50,867 bases of DNA, taken from an uncultured bacterium (GTDB lineage: Bacteria; Schekmanbacteria; GWA2-38-11; J061). Location: contig CAZJVM010000002.1 in the NCBI GenBank assembly GCA_964549305.1, positions 47,245 through 98,111 on the forward strand, in the 5' to 3' direction. The notes under the pieces were generated by a model, which saw only the letters and a list, made by a program, of their open reading frames with translations, was not told the origin of the DNA and made no database searches. Shown here in pieces: positions 20,825-30,971 of the stretch. Both the position numbers and the translations under genes were made by a program. Positions within the stretch are counted from its first letter, which is position 1; each line of letters opens with the position of its first letter.

Positions 20825-20969
20825 GACAATTATCAGACCGCTATAACAGGATATATAACAAAAACAAAATGAAGATGAGTTAAATATAGATATCCGATGA
20901 TTTTTTGCAACTGTTTTTTTGTTTAAGCGAAAATTTATTTTTTAAAAGAGATGTTTTTCTGAAAATATT

Positions 20970-21206
20970 TCAGTTTGTCAGGAAGAAATGTATGAGTAGA
21001 TTTCCTATGATGTTTAGCGCTATGAAGAAAAAAAGATAGATTATAAGAAAAAGCGGTTCTTCTTTTAATGTTGAAAAGATAAGAGATGCGCCGTTTTTCA
21101 TTCCTTTAACCTTTGCGTTTATAACTATTAAAGCAAGGTATTTTACCAGGAAGTAACTGCATAATATGAAACTTATCAATAATACCAATACGTTTTCAAA
21201 TGACAT
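20970..21206 (-). CDS. Small two-TM membrane protein, hypothetical
   Basis: Two hydrophobic segments; start overlaps the response regulator stop (TAATG). Confidence 0.55.
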   Translation of the reverse strand: MSFENVLVLLISFILCSYFLVKYLALIVINAKVKGMKNGASLIFSTLKEEPLFLIIYLFFFIALNIIGNLLIHFFLTN

Positions 21207-21553
21207 TATAAAAGTTCTTTAATGATTTTTTTTAGTTCCGTTAAGTCGGCCGATTTCACAATATAGGCATCTGATGCCCAAACACCGAAATCCTGTTTGT
21301 ATTCATCATAAGCGGTACACATTACTACGGGAAGTTTTTTATTAATCTCCTTGATTTTTCTCAAAAGCTCGACTCCGTTTGTGCTTTTAAGTTTTATGTC
21401 CAGAGTTATCAGGTCGGGTGCTTCCTCCCTTACCTTTTTCAAAGCGCTTTCTTCATCTTCGGCAGTTATAACATCATAACCTTCATCGGAAAGCTCGACT
21501 TCATAAAGATTTCTGATATTTTCTTCATCATCTACGACAAGAATTTTTTTCAT
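21206..21553 (-). CDS. Single-domain response regulator
   Basis: ILVVDDE, LITLDIK, CTAY, IVKS; overlaps the kinase stop (ATGA). Confidence 0.93.
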   Translation of the reverse strand: MKKILVVDDEENIRNLYEVELSDEGYDVITAEDEESALKKVREEAPDLITLDIKLKSTNGVELLRKIKEINKKLPVVMCTAYDEYKQDFGVWASDAYIVKSADLTELKKIIKELL

Positions 21554-23976
21554 CCTCTTTTACCTCCTTCAAGGGAGTTTGATTTTATAAAATTCCTCGA
21601 ATCTTCAGGCTCTTCCAGAGGAAGAGCGAATTCAAAAATGGTGCCGTTGCCAATGTTATTTTCAATGCTGATGCTTCCGTTATGGCTTTCGATAATATTT
21701 TTAGTTATTGAAAGTCCCAATCCTACTCCCGAATCTTTTGTTGTAAAGAAGGGATTGAATATGTTTTTCAATATATTAGGAGATATACCTCCGCCTGTGT
21801 CAGATATTCTTACACATACCTGACTGTTATCATTTGTCCTGTAAGTGCTGATTGAAATAATGCCGTTTTTCCCGATTGCCTGAGAAGAATTTGTTATTAC
21901 GTTTATTATTGCCTGTTTTACTCTTATTTCATCAAATTTAAAATGTGGAATATTATTGTCAAGATTAGTTTTTATGGCAATATTTTTTTCAGCGAATTCA
22001 ACTCCGAAGATAGTTACTATCTCATCTATGAGCTCACTTATGTTGTTTGTCCTCAGATCTAAAATGGGCTCTTTGGAGAATGTGAGTATTCCTCTCAAAA
22101 TATCTTCGAGCCGTTCGACTTCTTTGATTATAATCTCCACATAGCTTGTTTCATCGGTCATGTTTTCAAGCTTTTTTTTCAAGCGGCGCGCGAATCCTCC
22201 TATTGATACAAGGGGATTTCTTATTTCATGGGCAATGTTTGCCGCCATTTCTCCAAGCGCCCGGAATTTTTCAGATTCAATTAGCTTGTGCTGAACATTT
22301 TTCAATTCGTCATTTGTTTCCTCAAGGTAGGAATAAAGGCGGGTTGTTTCAATGGCGAGTCCCGCCTGGTTTGCAAAGACTGCGAGAAATCTGATTTCAT
22401 CATCGGTAATCGGCTTTCGGTTATATTTGTTGTCTGCAATGAGTATGCCAATAACCTTGTTTCTTGCCATTAATGGTATCGAGGCGAAACAATCTGTTTC
22501 GAGCTTGTCGAGAATTTCCCTGCCGATTTTTTGTTTTTTTCTTTTCCCTGTGACATTAATTGGTTTTTTCTCTTTTACGGTTTTAGACAATACATTGTCC
22601 GGGTCAGAAAGGTCGATTCTTATGGTTTTGGCAATTTCGTTAACTTTTGACTCTGACAGGTTTTGTATGTAATTTTCCGATCTCAGCGCGTCTGGCAATC
22701 CGAATTTAGTGTTGCTAAGCTGACTCCATATCCTGCCGGCATCCTCTGCACTTTCAGGTCCTACTCCAAGCATACCCTGAAGTATATTTGTTCTTTCGTT
22801 ATACATTAGTATGAATGCCCTGTTAAATCCAAGTCCTTCGTGTATCGTTACTGCCGTCAGCACCATATAAAGTCGTCGTGTAAGATTAGTAGTTAATCTC
22901 AGAGCATTTGAAATTTCGTGGAGAATTGTCAGCTCTCTGACTTTTTTTACAGTTTCCTGAGTTGTTTTTTCCATACTTTCGAATGTAAAAACCTTTTCAA
23001 AAACTATTGCCGCCTGATTTGCGAGATGGGAAAGAAGATTGATGTCGTTTTCGGAAAATGATTCTGCAACTGCGCCGAAAGGTAAAGTTTTGTCGAAGAG
23101 TGAAAGCGTACCCACTACTTTGTTTTCTATCTTCAAAGGGATACAGACTACTGAAGATAACTTGAGGCTTCCTATAATGTTTTTTCTTTTTCGAACCTCT
23201 GTTTTGTCAAGGGAGAGCGGTTTTCCCGTTTCGGCAACAGTGCCTGCGGTAAATTCGCCTTTTTTCAACCGGGGATATTTTTTAACTATTTTTTCCACGT
23301 TAAAATGTGATTTTATTTCAAGAGACTGGTCTGAATTGTTCAATATCCTGAGAATACACCCTTTTGCGGGGACAAGCTCGAGGGATTTATCGACAATAAG
23401 CTGAAAAACCTCATTAACGGAATTTGCAGATGTTAGCACCTTTCCGATTTCGTTTAGTTCTTTGAGCTTTCTCAAGTTTTCATCCGCTCCGGAGACCATT
23501 TCCCGGAAAAGAAAAGTTTTACAAATATATCTGAGAGCATTTTCCATTTCTTTTTTTGTGAAAAATTCTTCATTTTCGCTAAATCCGTTTAGGATTATCA
23601 AGACATAGTTTGTCCCTTCGAGGTGTTGCGCAAAAGCGAAGAAACCTTCGTCTTTATGGAAAAAATCAGAGGCATTGCGAAAATAAACTTTTGCCTCTTT
23701 CAAGGATTTAAAAGTGATTTCTTTTTTTCTCAGAGGCATTTCTTTTGCCGATGATTTAACGCATTCAAGTGTGTTATTTTTTAACTTTTCGCGGTCTTTG
23801 GCGGAAACCGCAACAGGGTAAAAAGTGTTTCCGCCATCACTTGAAAGAAAAATGATTGATTCCCTGCAGGATAGATTTTTGCGCAGAATATCCGATGATT
23901 TTTTAAAATATGCTTTGTTGTCCCGGAGGGACTGCGTTAAGTCTATGAGGGATTTATAAAAGTCTGTAATATTCAT
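21550..23976 (-). CDS. Cytoplasmic multi-GAF sensor histidine kinase
   Basis: Two clear GAF domains; H-box AHEIRNPL; DTGGGI, FNPFFTTK, GVGLGL; no TM segments. Confidence 0.93.
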   Translation of the reverse strand: MNITDFYKSLIDLTQSLRDNKAYFKKSSDILRKNLSCRESIIFLSSDGGNTFYPVAVSAKDREKLKNNTLECVKSSAKEMPLRKKEITFKSLKEAKVYFRNASDFFHKDEGFFAFAQHLEGTNYVLIILNGFSENEEFFTKKEMENALRYICKTFLFREMVSGADENLRKLKELNEIGKVLTSANSVNEVFQLIVDKSLELVPAKGCILRILNNSDQSLEIKSHFNVEKIVKKYPRLKKGEFTAGTVAETGKPLSLDKTEVRKRKNIIGSLKLSSVVCIPLKIENKVVGTLSLFDKTLPFGAVAESFSENDINLLSHLANQAAIVFEKVFTFESMEKTTQETVKKVRELTILHEISNALRLTTNLTRRLYMVLTAVTIHEGLGFNRAFILMYNERTNILQGMLGVGPESAEDAGRIWSQLSNTKFGLPDALRSENYIQNLSESKVNEIAKTIRIDLSDPDNVLSKTVKEKKPINVTGKRKKQKIGREILDKLETDCFASIPLMARNKVIGILIADNKYNRKPITDDEIRFLAVFANQAGLAIETTRLYSYLEETNDELKNVQHKLIESEKFRALGEMAANIAHEIRNPLVSIGGFARRLKKKLENMTDETSYVEIIIKEVERLEDILRGILTFSKEPILDLRTNNISELIDEIVTIFGVEFAEKNIAIKTNLDNNIPHFKFDEIRVKQAIINVITNSSQAIGKNGIISISTYRTNDNSQVCVRISDTGGGISPNILKNIFNPFFTTKDSGVGLGLSITKNIIESHNGSISIENNIGNGTIFEFALPLEEPEDSRNFIKSNSLEGGKRG

Positions 23977-23994
23977 CGCCGATATTTTTTAGCG

Positions 23995-24993
23995 TTAAAC
24001 AAAACATTCCCTTAAAAACTTTGCCGACTGCTCGGGAGGTACCGGATTGATATAAAACCCCGTACCCCATTCGAAACCGGCTATTTTAGTGAGTTTAGGC
24101 ATTATTTCTATGTGCCAATGGAAGGATTCGCTCTTGCTTTCATCAAATGGCGCCGTATGCATTATGTAATTATATGACGGATTATTCAGAGTGATATTTA
24201 TTCGTGACAGAACGTTTTTAAGAATTGACGCTAAATCTTTGATTTCTTCGGGAGTAGAATTTTCAAAAGCCGCCTGATGTTTCTTCGGCATAATCCAGAC
24301 TTCAAAAGGAAAACGTGGAGCAAAAGGAGCTATTGCAATAAATGAGCTGCTTTCCTCAATCATTCTTATTTCTCTGTCGATTTCCTGGCTCGCAATATCG
24401 CAAAAAATGCATCTTTCCTTATAATTAAAATATTCTGTGGCGCCGGAATTTTCTTCCTTCACTCGTTTAGGAGTTATGGGCAGAGCAATGAGCTGAGTAT
24501 GGGGATGCTCCAGCGATGCGCCTGCCGCCTCTCCGTGGTTTTTAAAAATCATAGCATACCTGAATCGTTTGTCATCTTTTAAACTGAGAATCCTGTCCTT
24601 GTAGGATTGTACGATTACCTCGACCTTATCTTTGGGGAGTGTCGCTATCGAATCGTCATGGTTGGGTGTCTCTATGATGACTTCGTGCGTGCCTATGCCC
24701 GCCATTTTATCGTAAACGCCGTCTCCTGATTTGATAAGTTTCCCGGTATCATATAAAGCCGGGAATTTATTGTTAACAACCCTGAGATGCCACCCTTCGG
24801 TGTCGGGTTTAGTGCCGTTTTCACGAACAGCCGATATCTCGGGAGGCGTTTTGTCTTCGTTGCCCGGGCAAAAAGGGCAAAATCCGCCTTTTTTAGTTTC
24901 CTGAGGCATTGCAAAATCAGTAGGCCTTTTGCTTCTTTCGGTGGCTATAATAATCCATCTTCCAATGATAGGGTCTTTCCTGAGTTCAGGCAT
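23995..24993 (-). CDS. galT: Galactose-1-phosphate uridylyltransferase (GalT family)
   Basis: ELRKDP, CPFCPGNE, NKFPAL, GASLEHPHTQ (HxHxQ), AGFEWGTG. Confidence 0.93.
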   Translation of the reverse strand: MPELRKDPIIGRWIIIATERSKRPTDFAMPQETKKGGFCPFCPGNEDKTPPEISAVRENGTKPDTEGWHLRVVNNKFPALYDTGKLIKSGDGVYDKMAGIGTHEVIIETPNHDDSIATLPKDKVEVIVQSYKDRILSLKDDKRFRYAMIFKNHGEAAGASLEHPHTQLIALPITPKRVKEENSGATEYFNYKERCIFCDIASQEIDREIRMIEESSSFIAIAPFAPRFPFEVWIMPKKHQAAFENSTPEEIKDLASILKNVLSRINITLNNPSYNYIMHTAPFDESKSESFHWHIEIMPKLTKIAGFEWGTGFYINPVPPEQSAKFLRECFV

Positions 24994-25633
24994 TTAAATT
25001 CTCCGCTATTTTAAAACTGTTTGTTAACTCTTTGTCCAAATGGGAAATATCATTTATTCTCAAAACTCTTTTCGCACTGCCGTTAAACGTTATTTCGCAA
25101 ATAGAACAGTTATCATTTTTAAAATGCCACAGACTATTCATGTGCTGTCCGAGCACCGTGCAAAGGATGATATTTATTACGCCGGCGTGTGACACTATAA
25201 TATGTCTTTCTTCGTTTGATTGTAACATTTTATCAAGCCATCGCGTAATTCTTTTCTGAAATAATTCGAGTTTTTCGGCTTTGGGAATTATGGTTTTTGC
25301 CGGCTTGTCTATGAAGCTTCTAAACATTTCCCTGTCTTTGTCAATAAGCTCCTGAAAAGGTTTTCCCTCCCATTTGCCCATAAAGATTTCTCTTATTTCA
25401 TTTTCATAAATCACCTGAATATTTAATTCCCCGGCTATTATTTCTGCTGTTTCTCTTGTGCGAAGAAGCGGGCTGGAGATAATTCTTTTCACATTCACAT
25501 TTTTTAATTGGCCCGCTACGCTTAATGCCTGTTTTATCCCCTTTTCGGTGAGTTTGGAATCAAGTTGTCCCTGAACGCATCTTTGGCGGTTGAGAAGCGA
25601 TTCTCCGTGTCTGATAAAAAGAAAATTTTTCAT
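24986..25633 (-). CDS. Histidine phosphatase (phosphoglycerate mutase family); alternative start 25657
   Basis: IRHGES, SSPLLRTRETA, EIFMGKWEG, VSHAG, NDISHL. Confidence 0.9.
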   Translation of the reverse strand: MKNFLFIRHGESLLNRQRCVQGQLDSKLTEKGIKQALSVAGQLKNVNVKRIISSPLLRTRETAEIIAGELNIQVIYENEIREIFMGKWEGKPFQELIDKDREMFRSFIDKPAKTIIPKAEKLELFQKRITRWLDKMLQSNEERHIIVSHAGVINIILCTVLGQHMNSLWHFKNDNCSICEITFNGSAKRVLRINDISHLDKELTNSFKIAENLNA

Positions 25634-25868
25634 TGTATAGTTATTTCCTTTTGGCATTGTGAATCTGACTGAGGTTAAATTCTAATACTATAACAGTTTA
25701 TGCTTTATTTGAAGACAAATCGAAATATGTGAACGGTACTTTTCTGGAATATGTGAATATTTCTTTCGCGTTAATTTTAAATCCTTTTGCCAATGGAGTA
25801 AGTGCGCTCCTCATTGATAAAAAAACCACTATGTGCTAAATGCCGCAGTTGGAGGAGAAAAATATTTT

Positions 25869-26831
25869 ATGGTGAAAAAGATTGTCGCCGGGCTCAGAGA
25901 ATTTGACGGAATTATCAGGAAAAAAGACATAAAACTAGTGGGCGAAGTGCTGAAAAATTCTTTTTTCCCGGAAGATGTCGTTATGGGACCGGGTGATGAT
26001 GCGGGAGTAATAACCGTCAAAGGTATTGATGATTATCTCCTGCTTGCCTGTGACGGAATACATCCTTTATTGGTTAAAAACGAGCCCTATGCCGCGGGCA
26101 AGGCGTCCATAATGGTTAATGCCAATGACATATACGCAATGGGTGGCATTCCCGTTGCCGTTGTAAATGTCATATCATACACCGGCGAAGAAATACTAAA
26201 AGAGATTCTTGAGGGTATGAAAAAAGCGAGCATCAAATACAGGATCCCAATTCTCGGAGGGCACATTCATCCGGGCGCGCCGGAGAATGAAGTTTCAGTC
26301 GCTATACTCGGAAGAGCTGACAAAGTAATTTCCGCATACAATGCCCGCGAAGGAGATGACATTATTCTTGCCGTTGACCTTCAGGGTTCTCAGGGGTGTA
26401 AGTCGGTCAACAGCTGGGATTCGACTTCAGGCAAGTCTTCTTCTCTGCTTCTCAAACAGCTTGCCGTAATGAACAGGGTTGCAAAGGATGAATTGGTTTC
26501 TGCGGGAAAAGATGTGAGCATGGGGGGAATAGCAGGCACTCTTGCAATGCTTCTTGAAAGTTCGAAAAAAGGCGCTATTGTTGATTTGGAATTAATCCCC
26601 GTTCCTGACAAAATGGAATTGTCCCGATGGCTTAAAAGTTTTTTAAGCTACGGATTCCTGTTGACCTGCAGTAAAGGTTGCACTGAAAAAATCAAAAAAC
26701 TCTTTGGAGATACGGGAATAAGAGCTGAAAAAATTGGAGAAGTCAACGACAGTAAAATTATGACTCTTTGCTGCGGACAAGAATCAGAGGTACTCTTTGA
26801 CTTTAACAGGGATTATTTAGCTTGTCTTTAA
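25869..26831 (+). CDS. AIR synthase (PurM/SelD/ThiL fold)-related protein, sll0787 / methanogenesis marker 2-like
   Basis: GDDAGV, LLLACDGI, VNANDIYAMGG, ILGGH, AGKDVSMGGIAGTLAMLLE; GGAGGAG RBS before ATG 25869. Confidence 0.8.
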   Translation: MVKKIVAGLREFDGIIRKKDIKLVGEVLKNSFFPEDVVMGPGDDAGVITVKGIDDYLLLACDGIHPLLVKNEPYAAGKASIMVNANDIYAMGGIPVAVVNVISYTGEEILKEILEGMKKASIKYRIPILGGHIHPGAPENEVSVAILGRADKVISAYNAREGDDIILAVDLQGSQGCKSVNSWDSTSGKSSSLLLKQLAVMNRVAKDELVSAGKDVSMGGIAGTLAMLLESSKKGAIVDLELIPVPDKMELSRWLKSFLSYGFLLTCSKGCTEKIKKLFGDTGIRAEKIGEVNDSKIMTLCCGQESEVLFDFNRDYLACL

Positions 26832-27457
26832 TAGATACGATTCTTGATGTTATCACACAGAATGAAAATATCTTAGGATATGCCATCCTTTTCTTAAGCT
26901 CATTTACAGAATATATTTTTCCCCCTTTCCCCGGGGATACCGTCACTCTTTTCGGCGCCTTTCTCATTGCTGTGCATCATTGGAGTTTTTTTGCAGTTTT
27001 CTTCAGTGTTACCGCGGGAAGTATTGCAGGCGCGAGTGTTGATTACTTTATTGGTAAAAAAGTCAGTAAACAAGACGGTACCGACAAAATGCCGAAGCTT
27101 ATTCGTAAAGGGAATGCCGTTCTCACCAGAGAGAGATACACGTATATTAAGGAAAAATTCGATAAATACGGAGCGTATATAATCATCTTAAACAGATTCA
27201 TGCCCGGAATAAGGGCGTTTTTCTTTGTGGTTGCGGGTATGACGGGAATGAAATTTCTTCCGGTACAGTTATTTAATGTAATAAGTGTAATATTGTGGAA
27301 TCTTTGTATTATCTGGGCAGGTTATTTGGTAGGAAACAACTGGGATGCGCTTTTGGCGGTTTTCTCAGTTTACTCAAAAGTTGTCGGAGGCGTCCTGTTA
27401 ATAGCAATTACGGCGTTATTGATTTCTTTTTACATCAAAAGAAAAAACGGAAAATGA
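26822..27457 (+). CDS. DedA-family membrane protein
   Basis: EYIFPPFPGD, GSIAGASVDYFIG, RFMPGIR. Confidence 0.9.
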   Translation: MSLIDTILDVITQNENILGYAILFLSSFTEYIFPPFPGDTVTLFGAFLIAVHHWSFFAVFFSVTAGSIAGASVDYFIGKKVSKQDGTDKMPKLIRKGNAVLTRERYTYIKEKFDKYGAYIIILNRFMPGIRAFFFVVAGMTGMKFLPVQLFNVISVILWNLCIIWAGYLVGNNWDALLAVFSVYSKVVGGVLLIAITALLISFYIKRKNGK

Positions 27458-27543
27458 GATTTTCCTTTGTGGCATATTCTTCTTGTAAAGGCCCTAAATT
27501 TGATATAAAAGCAAAGACTTATATAAAAAAAGATGTGTGATTT

Positions 27544-28716
27544 ATGAAAGATAAGACAGATTGTTATATAGCGTCAACCTATAAAAGACTGCCTGTAGAG
27601 TTTGTGAGAGGGCAGGGTGTATATCTTTTTGACGATAGCGGTAAAAAATATCTCGATTGCCTGAGCGGTATTGCCGTGAATAATCTCGGATACGCAAATG
27701 AAAAGATTATTGAAATACTTAAACAATGGGGAAACAAACCTCTGCATACTTCCAATCTTTTTTACTCCCGCAGTCAGGGTCTTCTTGCTGAATCCATAAT
27801 AGGGGAAAGCTTCAGGGGAAAGGTCTTTTTTGGCAATTCCGGAGCGGAAGCAAATGAGGCGGCATTCAAACTGGCGCGGAAGTATTCCTTTTCGAGATAC
27901 AAAAAAAAAGATAGACATGAAATAATTACAATGAAGAATTCCTTTCACGGAAGGACTTTCGCTACGATGTCCGCAACGGGTCAGGATAAAATAAAGGGGA
28001 ATTATGACCCGCATCTTACAGGTTTCAGGCATGTTGATATAAATGATTTTAAAGGGCTTAAAAGCGCGGTGAATGATGCAACCTGCGCGATAATGCTTGA
28101 AGTTATTCAAGGTGAGGGAGGTGTAATCGAAGCGGAAAACGAATATCTGGAAGATGTAAGAGATTTATGTTCCGAGAAAGACATCCTTCTTATTTTTGAT
28201 GAGATACAAACAGGTATGGGAAGGACCGGCAGGATGTTCGGCTTTCAGCATTTTAATGTGGTGCCGGATATTTTTACTCTTGCAAAAGGGGTTGGCGGAG
28301 GACTGCCTCTCGGATGCATGGTGGCAAGGGAAAGCATAGCGGGTTTTTTCCAACCGGGCGACCATGCGAGTACATTCGGCGGAAATCCCCTGGCGTGCGC
28401 GCTCGGCACGGAGGTTATAAATCAGCTTAACGGAGGCATTTTGGATAGTTGTGTTTCAACGGGGGCATATTTCAGGGAAAGATTGTTTGCATTAAAAGAC
28501 AAATATGAAATGATTACGGATGTAAGAGGGAAAGGCCTGATGCTCGGAATTCAATTCGATAAAGATGTTTCCTGGCTTGTGGGGAAATGTTTCGATGGGG
28601 GATTGATTATAAACTGTACTGCGGGCAATGTTATACGGTTTCTTCCGCCTCTTATAATTACTGAGGATGAGATAAATGAAGCTCTCATAATTTTTGAAAA
28701 CTCACTGAAAGAATAA
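27544..28716 (+). CDS. argD: Acetylornithine aminotransferase
   Basis: NSGAEANEAAFK, SFHGRT, FDEIQTGMGRTG, TLAKG, HASTFGGNP; first gene of the arg cluster. Confidence 0.93.
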   Translation: MKDKTDCYIASTYKRLPVEFVRGQGVYLFDDSGKKYLDCLSGIAVNNLGYANEKIIEILKQWGNKPLHTSNLFYSRSQGLLAESIIGESFRGKVFFGNSGAEANEAAFKLARKYSFSRYKKKDRHEIITMKNSFHGRTFATMSATGQDKIKGNYDPHLTGFRHVDINDFKGLKSAVNDATCAIMLEVIQGEGGVIEAENEYLEDVRDLCSEKDILLIFDEIQTGMGRTGRMFGFQHFNVVPDIFTLAKGVGGGLPLGCMVARESIAGFFQPGDHASTFGGNPLACALGTEVINQLNGGILDSCVSTGAYFRERLFALKDKYEMITDVRGKGLMLGIQFDKDVSWLVGKCFDGGLIINCTAGNVIRFLPPLIITEDEINEALIIFENSLKE

Positions 28717-28717
28717 A

Positions 28718-29641
28718 ATGGAAAAAAAAGATCTGAAAACTCTGGCTGATCTGAGCAAAAGTGAAATCTTCGACCTCATTGAAAGAGGAAAGATGCTTAA
28801 ACAGTGGAAGTCGCAGGGTATATGCCATAAACCGCTTGAGGGGAAAACTCTCGGGCTCATATTCAATAAACCCTCCACCAGGACAAGAGTTACCTTTGAG
28901 GTTGGAATGTATCAACTCGGAGGCATGGCTTTATTTTTAAGCGAAAAGGAAATTCAGCTTGGACGGGGTGAGACTGTCGCGGATACGGCTAAGGTCCTTT
29001 CGAGGTATCTTGACGGAGTGGTAATGCGAACTTTTAAACAAAAAGACATCGATGAATTTGCCGCGGAATCCTCCTTTCCCATTATTAACGGATTGACCGA
29101 TTCCTTCCATCCCTGTCAGGTGCTTGCGGATATCATGACAATAGAAGAAAATATGAACAGGATTGAGGGAGTAAATCTTGTCTATGTGGGAGATTTCAAC
29201 AATGTTGCCAATTCGTTGATTCTCGGCGCTCTTCGCATGGGTTTTAAAACAATTGTAGCATGCCCCGAGGAGTGTAAGGAAAGCGATGACCTTAAGGAAA
29301 AAATAGAAATTGTTTCAGCTGACGGCGCGCCGGGAAGTTACGAGGTCATAAACGACCCTTTTGAAGCAGTAAAGGATGCGGATATTATTTACTCGGATGT
29401 ATGGATTAGCATGGGGCAGGAAAGTGAAAGAGAGGAAAAATTGAAATTATTCTCTCCTTATCAGGTAAATAGCGGTCTGATTGCAAAAAGCAGGGAAAGT
29501 GTTAAGATAATGCATTGCCTTCCCGCGCACAGGGGCGAGGAAATAACATCGGAAGTACTCGAAAGTGAAAAATCAATAGTTTTTGACCAGGCGGAAAACC
29601 GTCTTCACATACAGAAGGCAATTCTGGAGTACTTGCTTTAA
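28718..29641 (+). CDS. argF: Ornithine carbamoyltransferase
   Basis: PSTRTR, HPCQVLAD, WISMGQE, MHCLPAHRG, QAENRLH. Confidence 0.97.
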   Translation: MEKKDLKTLADLSKSEIFDLIERGKMLKQWKSQGICHKPLEGKTLGLIFNKPSTRTRVTFEVGMYQLGGMALFLSEKEIQLGRGETVADTAKVLSRYLDGVVMRTFKQKDIDEFAAESSFPIINGLTDSFHPCQVLADIMTIEENMNRIEGVNLVYVGDFNNVANSLILGALRMGFKTIVACPEECKESDDLKEKIEIVSADGAPGSYEVINDPFEAVKDADIIYSDVWISMGQESEREEKLKLFSPYQVNSGLIAKSRESVKIMHCLPAHRGEEITSEVLESEKSIVFDQAENRLHIQKAILEYLL

Positions 29642-29770
29642 ATGACAATCAAAATACCGTGTATAGATTGAAATTTATTGTTTCATCCAGAAACTTTTTG
29701 GATTATGAATTAAGTGTATTTAACAATCTTTCCCCGGTTTCGGGGTAATTAATGAAGCGGAGAATGTAAT

Positions 29771-30970
29771 ATGGCGAAGAAAATAGTGCTTGCTTATTCA
29801 GGTGGTCTTGACACCTCGGTGATATTGAGATGGTTGATGGAGACCTATGACAGTGATGTGATAGCCTTCATAGCTGACCTTGGACAGGGGGAAGAACTTG
29901 AAGATGCGCGGAAAAAGGCATTTAAAACGGGGGCGCGAAAAGTCTATGTGTGCGACCTTCGCGAAGAGTTTGTGAAGGATTTCGTTTTTCCTGTTTTCAG
30001 AGCAAATGCCCTTTACGAAGGACAGTATCTTTTGGGCACTTCAATCGCAAGACCTCTCATTGCCAAAAAACAGATAGAAATAGCCCGCAAGGAAAAGGCG
30101 TCTATGGTTTCCCATGGCTCAACGGGCAAGGGAAATGACCAGGTGAGGTTTGAGCTCAGTTATTATGCCCTCAATCCTTCCATTAAGGTGATAGCTCCGT
30201 GGAGAGAATGGGATTTAGATTCAAGGGAGTCGCTCATTGCTTTTGCTAAGAAATGGAAAATTCCGGTTCCTGTTACCGCAAAAAAACCTTATTCGTCTGA
30301 CAGAAATCTCCTTCACATAAGTTTTGAAGGAGGCGTTCTTGAAGACCCCTGGAATGAACCGCCGGAAGATATGTTTGTCCTTTCGAAGTCGCCCGAAAAA
30401 GCCCCCGACAAGGCAACATATGTGGAGATTGATTTTAAAGAAGGAAATCCCGTCAAGATTAACGGAAAATCCCTTAAACCTCATAAACTCCTTGAAAGCC
30501 TTAACACTTTTGGCGGAAAAAACGGAATCGGACGTGTCGATATGGTGGAAAACCGTTATGTGGGAATGAAATCAAGAGGAGTATATGAAACTCCGGGAGG
30601 CACGATACTCAATATAGCCCACAGGGCACTCGAGACTTTGACAATTGACAGGGAAGTGATGCATATCAGAGATTCCCTCATCCCCGAGTATTCAAGGATA
30701 GTTTACAACGGATACTGGTTCAGCCCCGAAAGGGAAATGCTTCAGGCGCTGATTGACGAGTCGCAAAAGAATGTTACCGGAAAAGTGAGACTCAAACTTT
30801 ATAAAGGAAACTGTACCGTCTGTGGAAGAAAATCGGCAAAATCCCTTTATCGTGAGGAGATTGCCACATTTGAAAAGGGAAGCGGATATGTACAGTCAGA
30901 CGCTACGGGATTTATCAACCTTAATTCACTTCGTTTAAGAATCAACACTCTTGTAAACAAGAAAAAATAA
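29771..30970 (+). CDS. argG: Argininosuccinate synthase
   Basis: [34 protein letters not shown]. Confidence 0.98.
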   Translation: MAKKIVLAYSGGLDTSVILRWLMETYDSDVIAFIADLGQGEELEDARKKAFKTGARKVYVCDLREEFVKDFVFPVFRANALYEGQYLLGTSIARPLIAKKQIEIARKEKASMVSHGSTGKGNDQVRFELSYYALNPSIKVIAPWREWDLDSRESLIAFAKKWKIPVPVTAKKPYSSDRNLLHISFEGGVLEDPWNEPPEDMFVLSKSPEKAPDKATYVEIDFKEGNPVKINGKSLKPHKLLESLNTFGGKNGIGRVDMVENRYVGMKSRGVYETPGGTILNIAHRALETLTIDREVMHIRDSLIPEYSRIVYNGYWFSPEREMLQALIDESQKNVTGKVRLKLYKGNCTVCGRKSAKSLYREEIATFEKGSGYVQSDATGFINLNSLRLRINTLVNKKK

Positions 30971-30971
30971 A

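Noticed and set aside
29700-29750. ARG box upstream of argG
   Set aside because: TATGAATTAAGTGTAT has the wrong half-site spacing and no tandem partner
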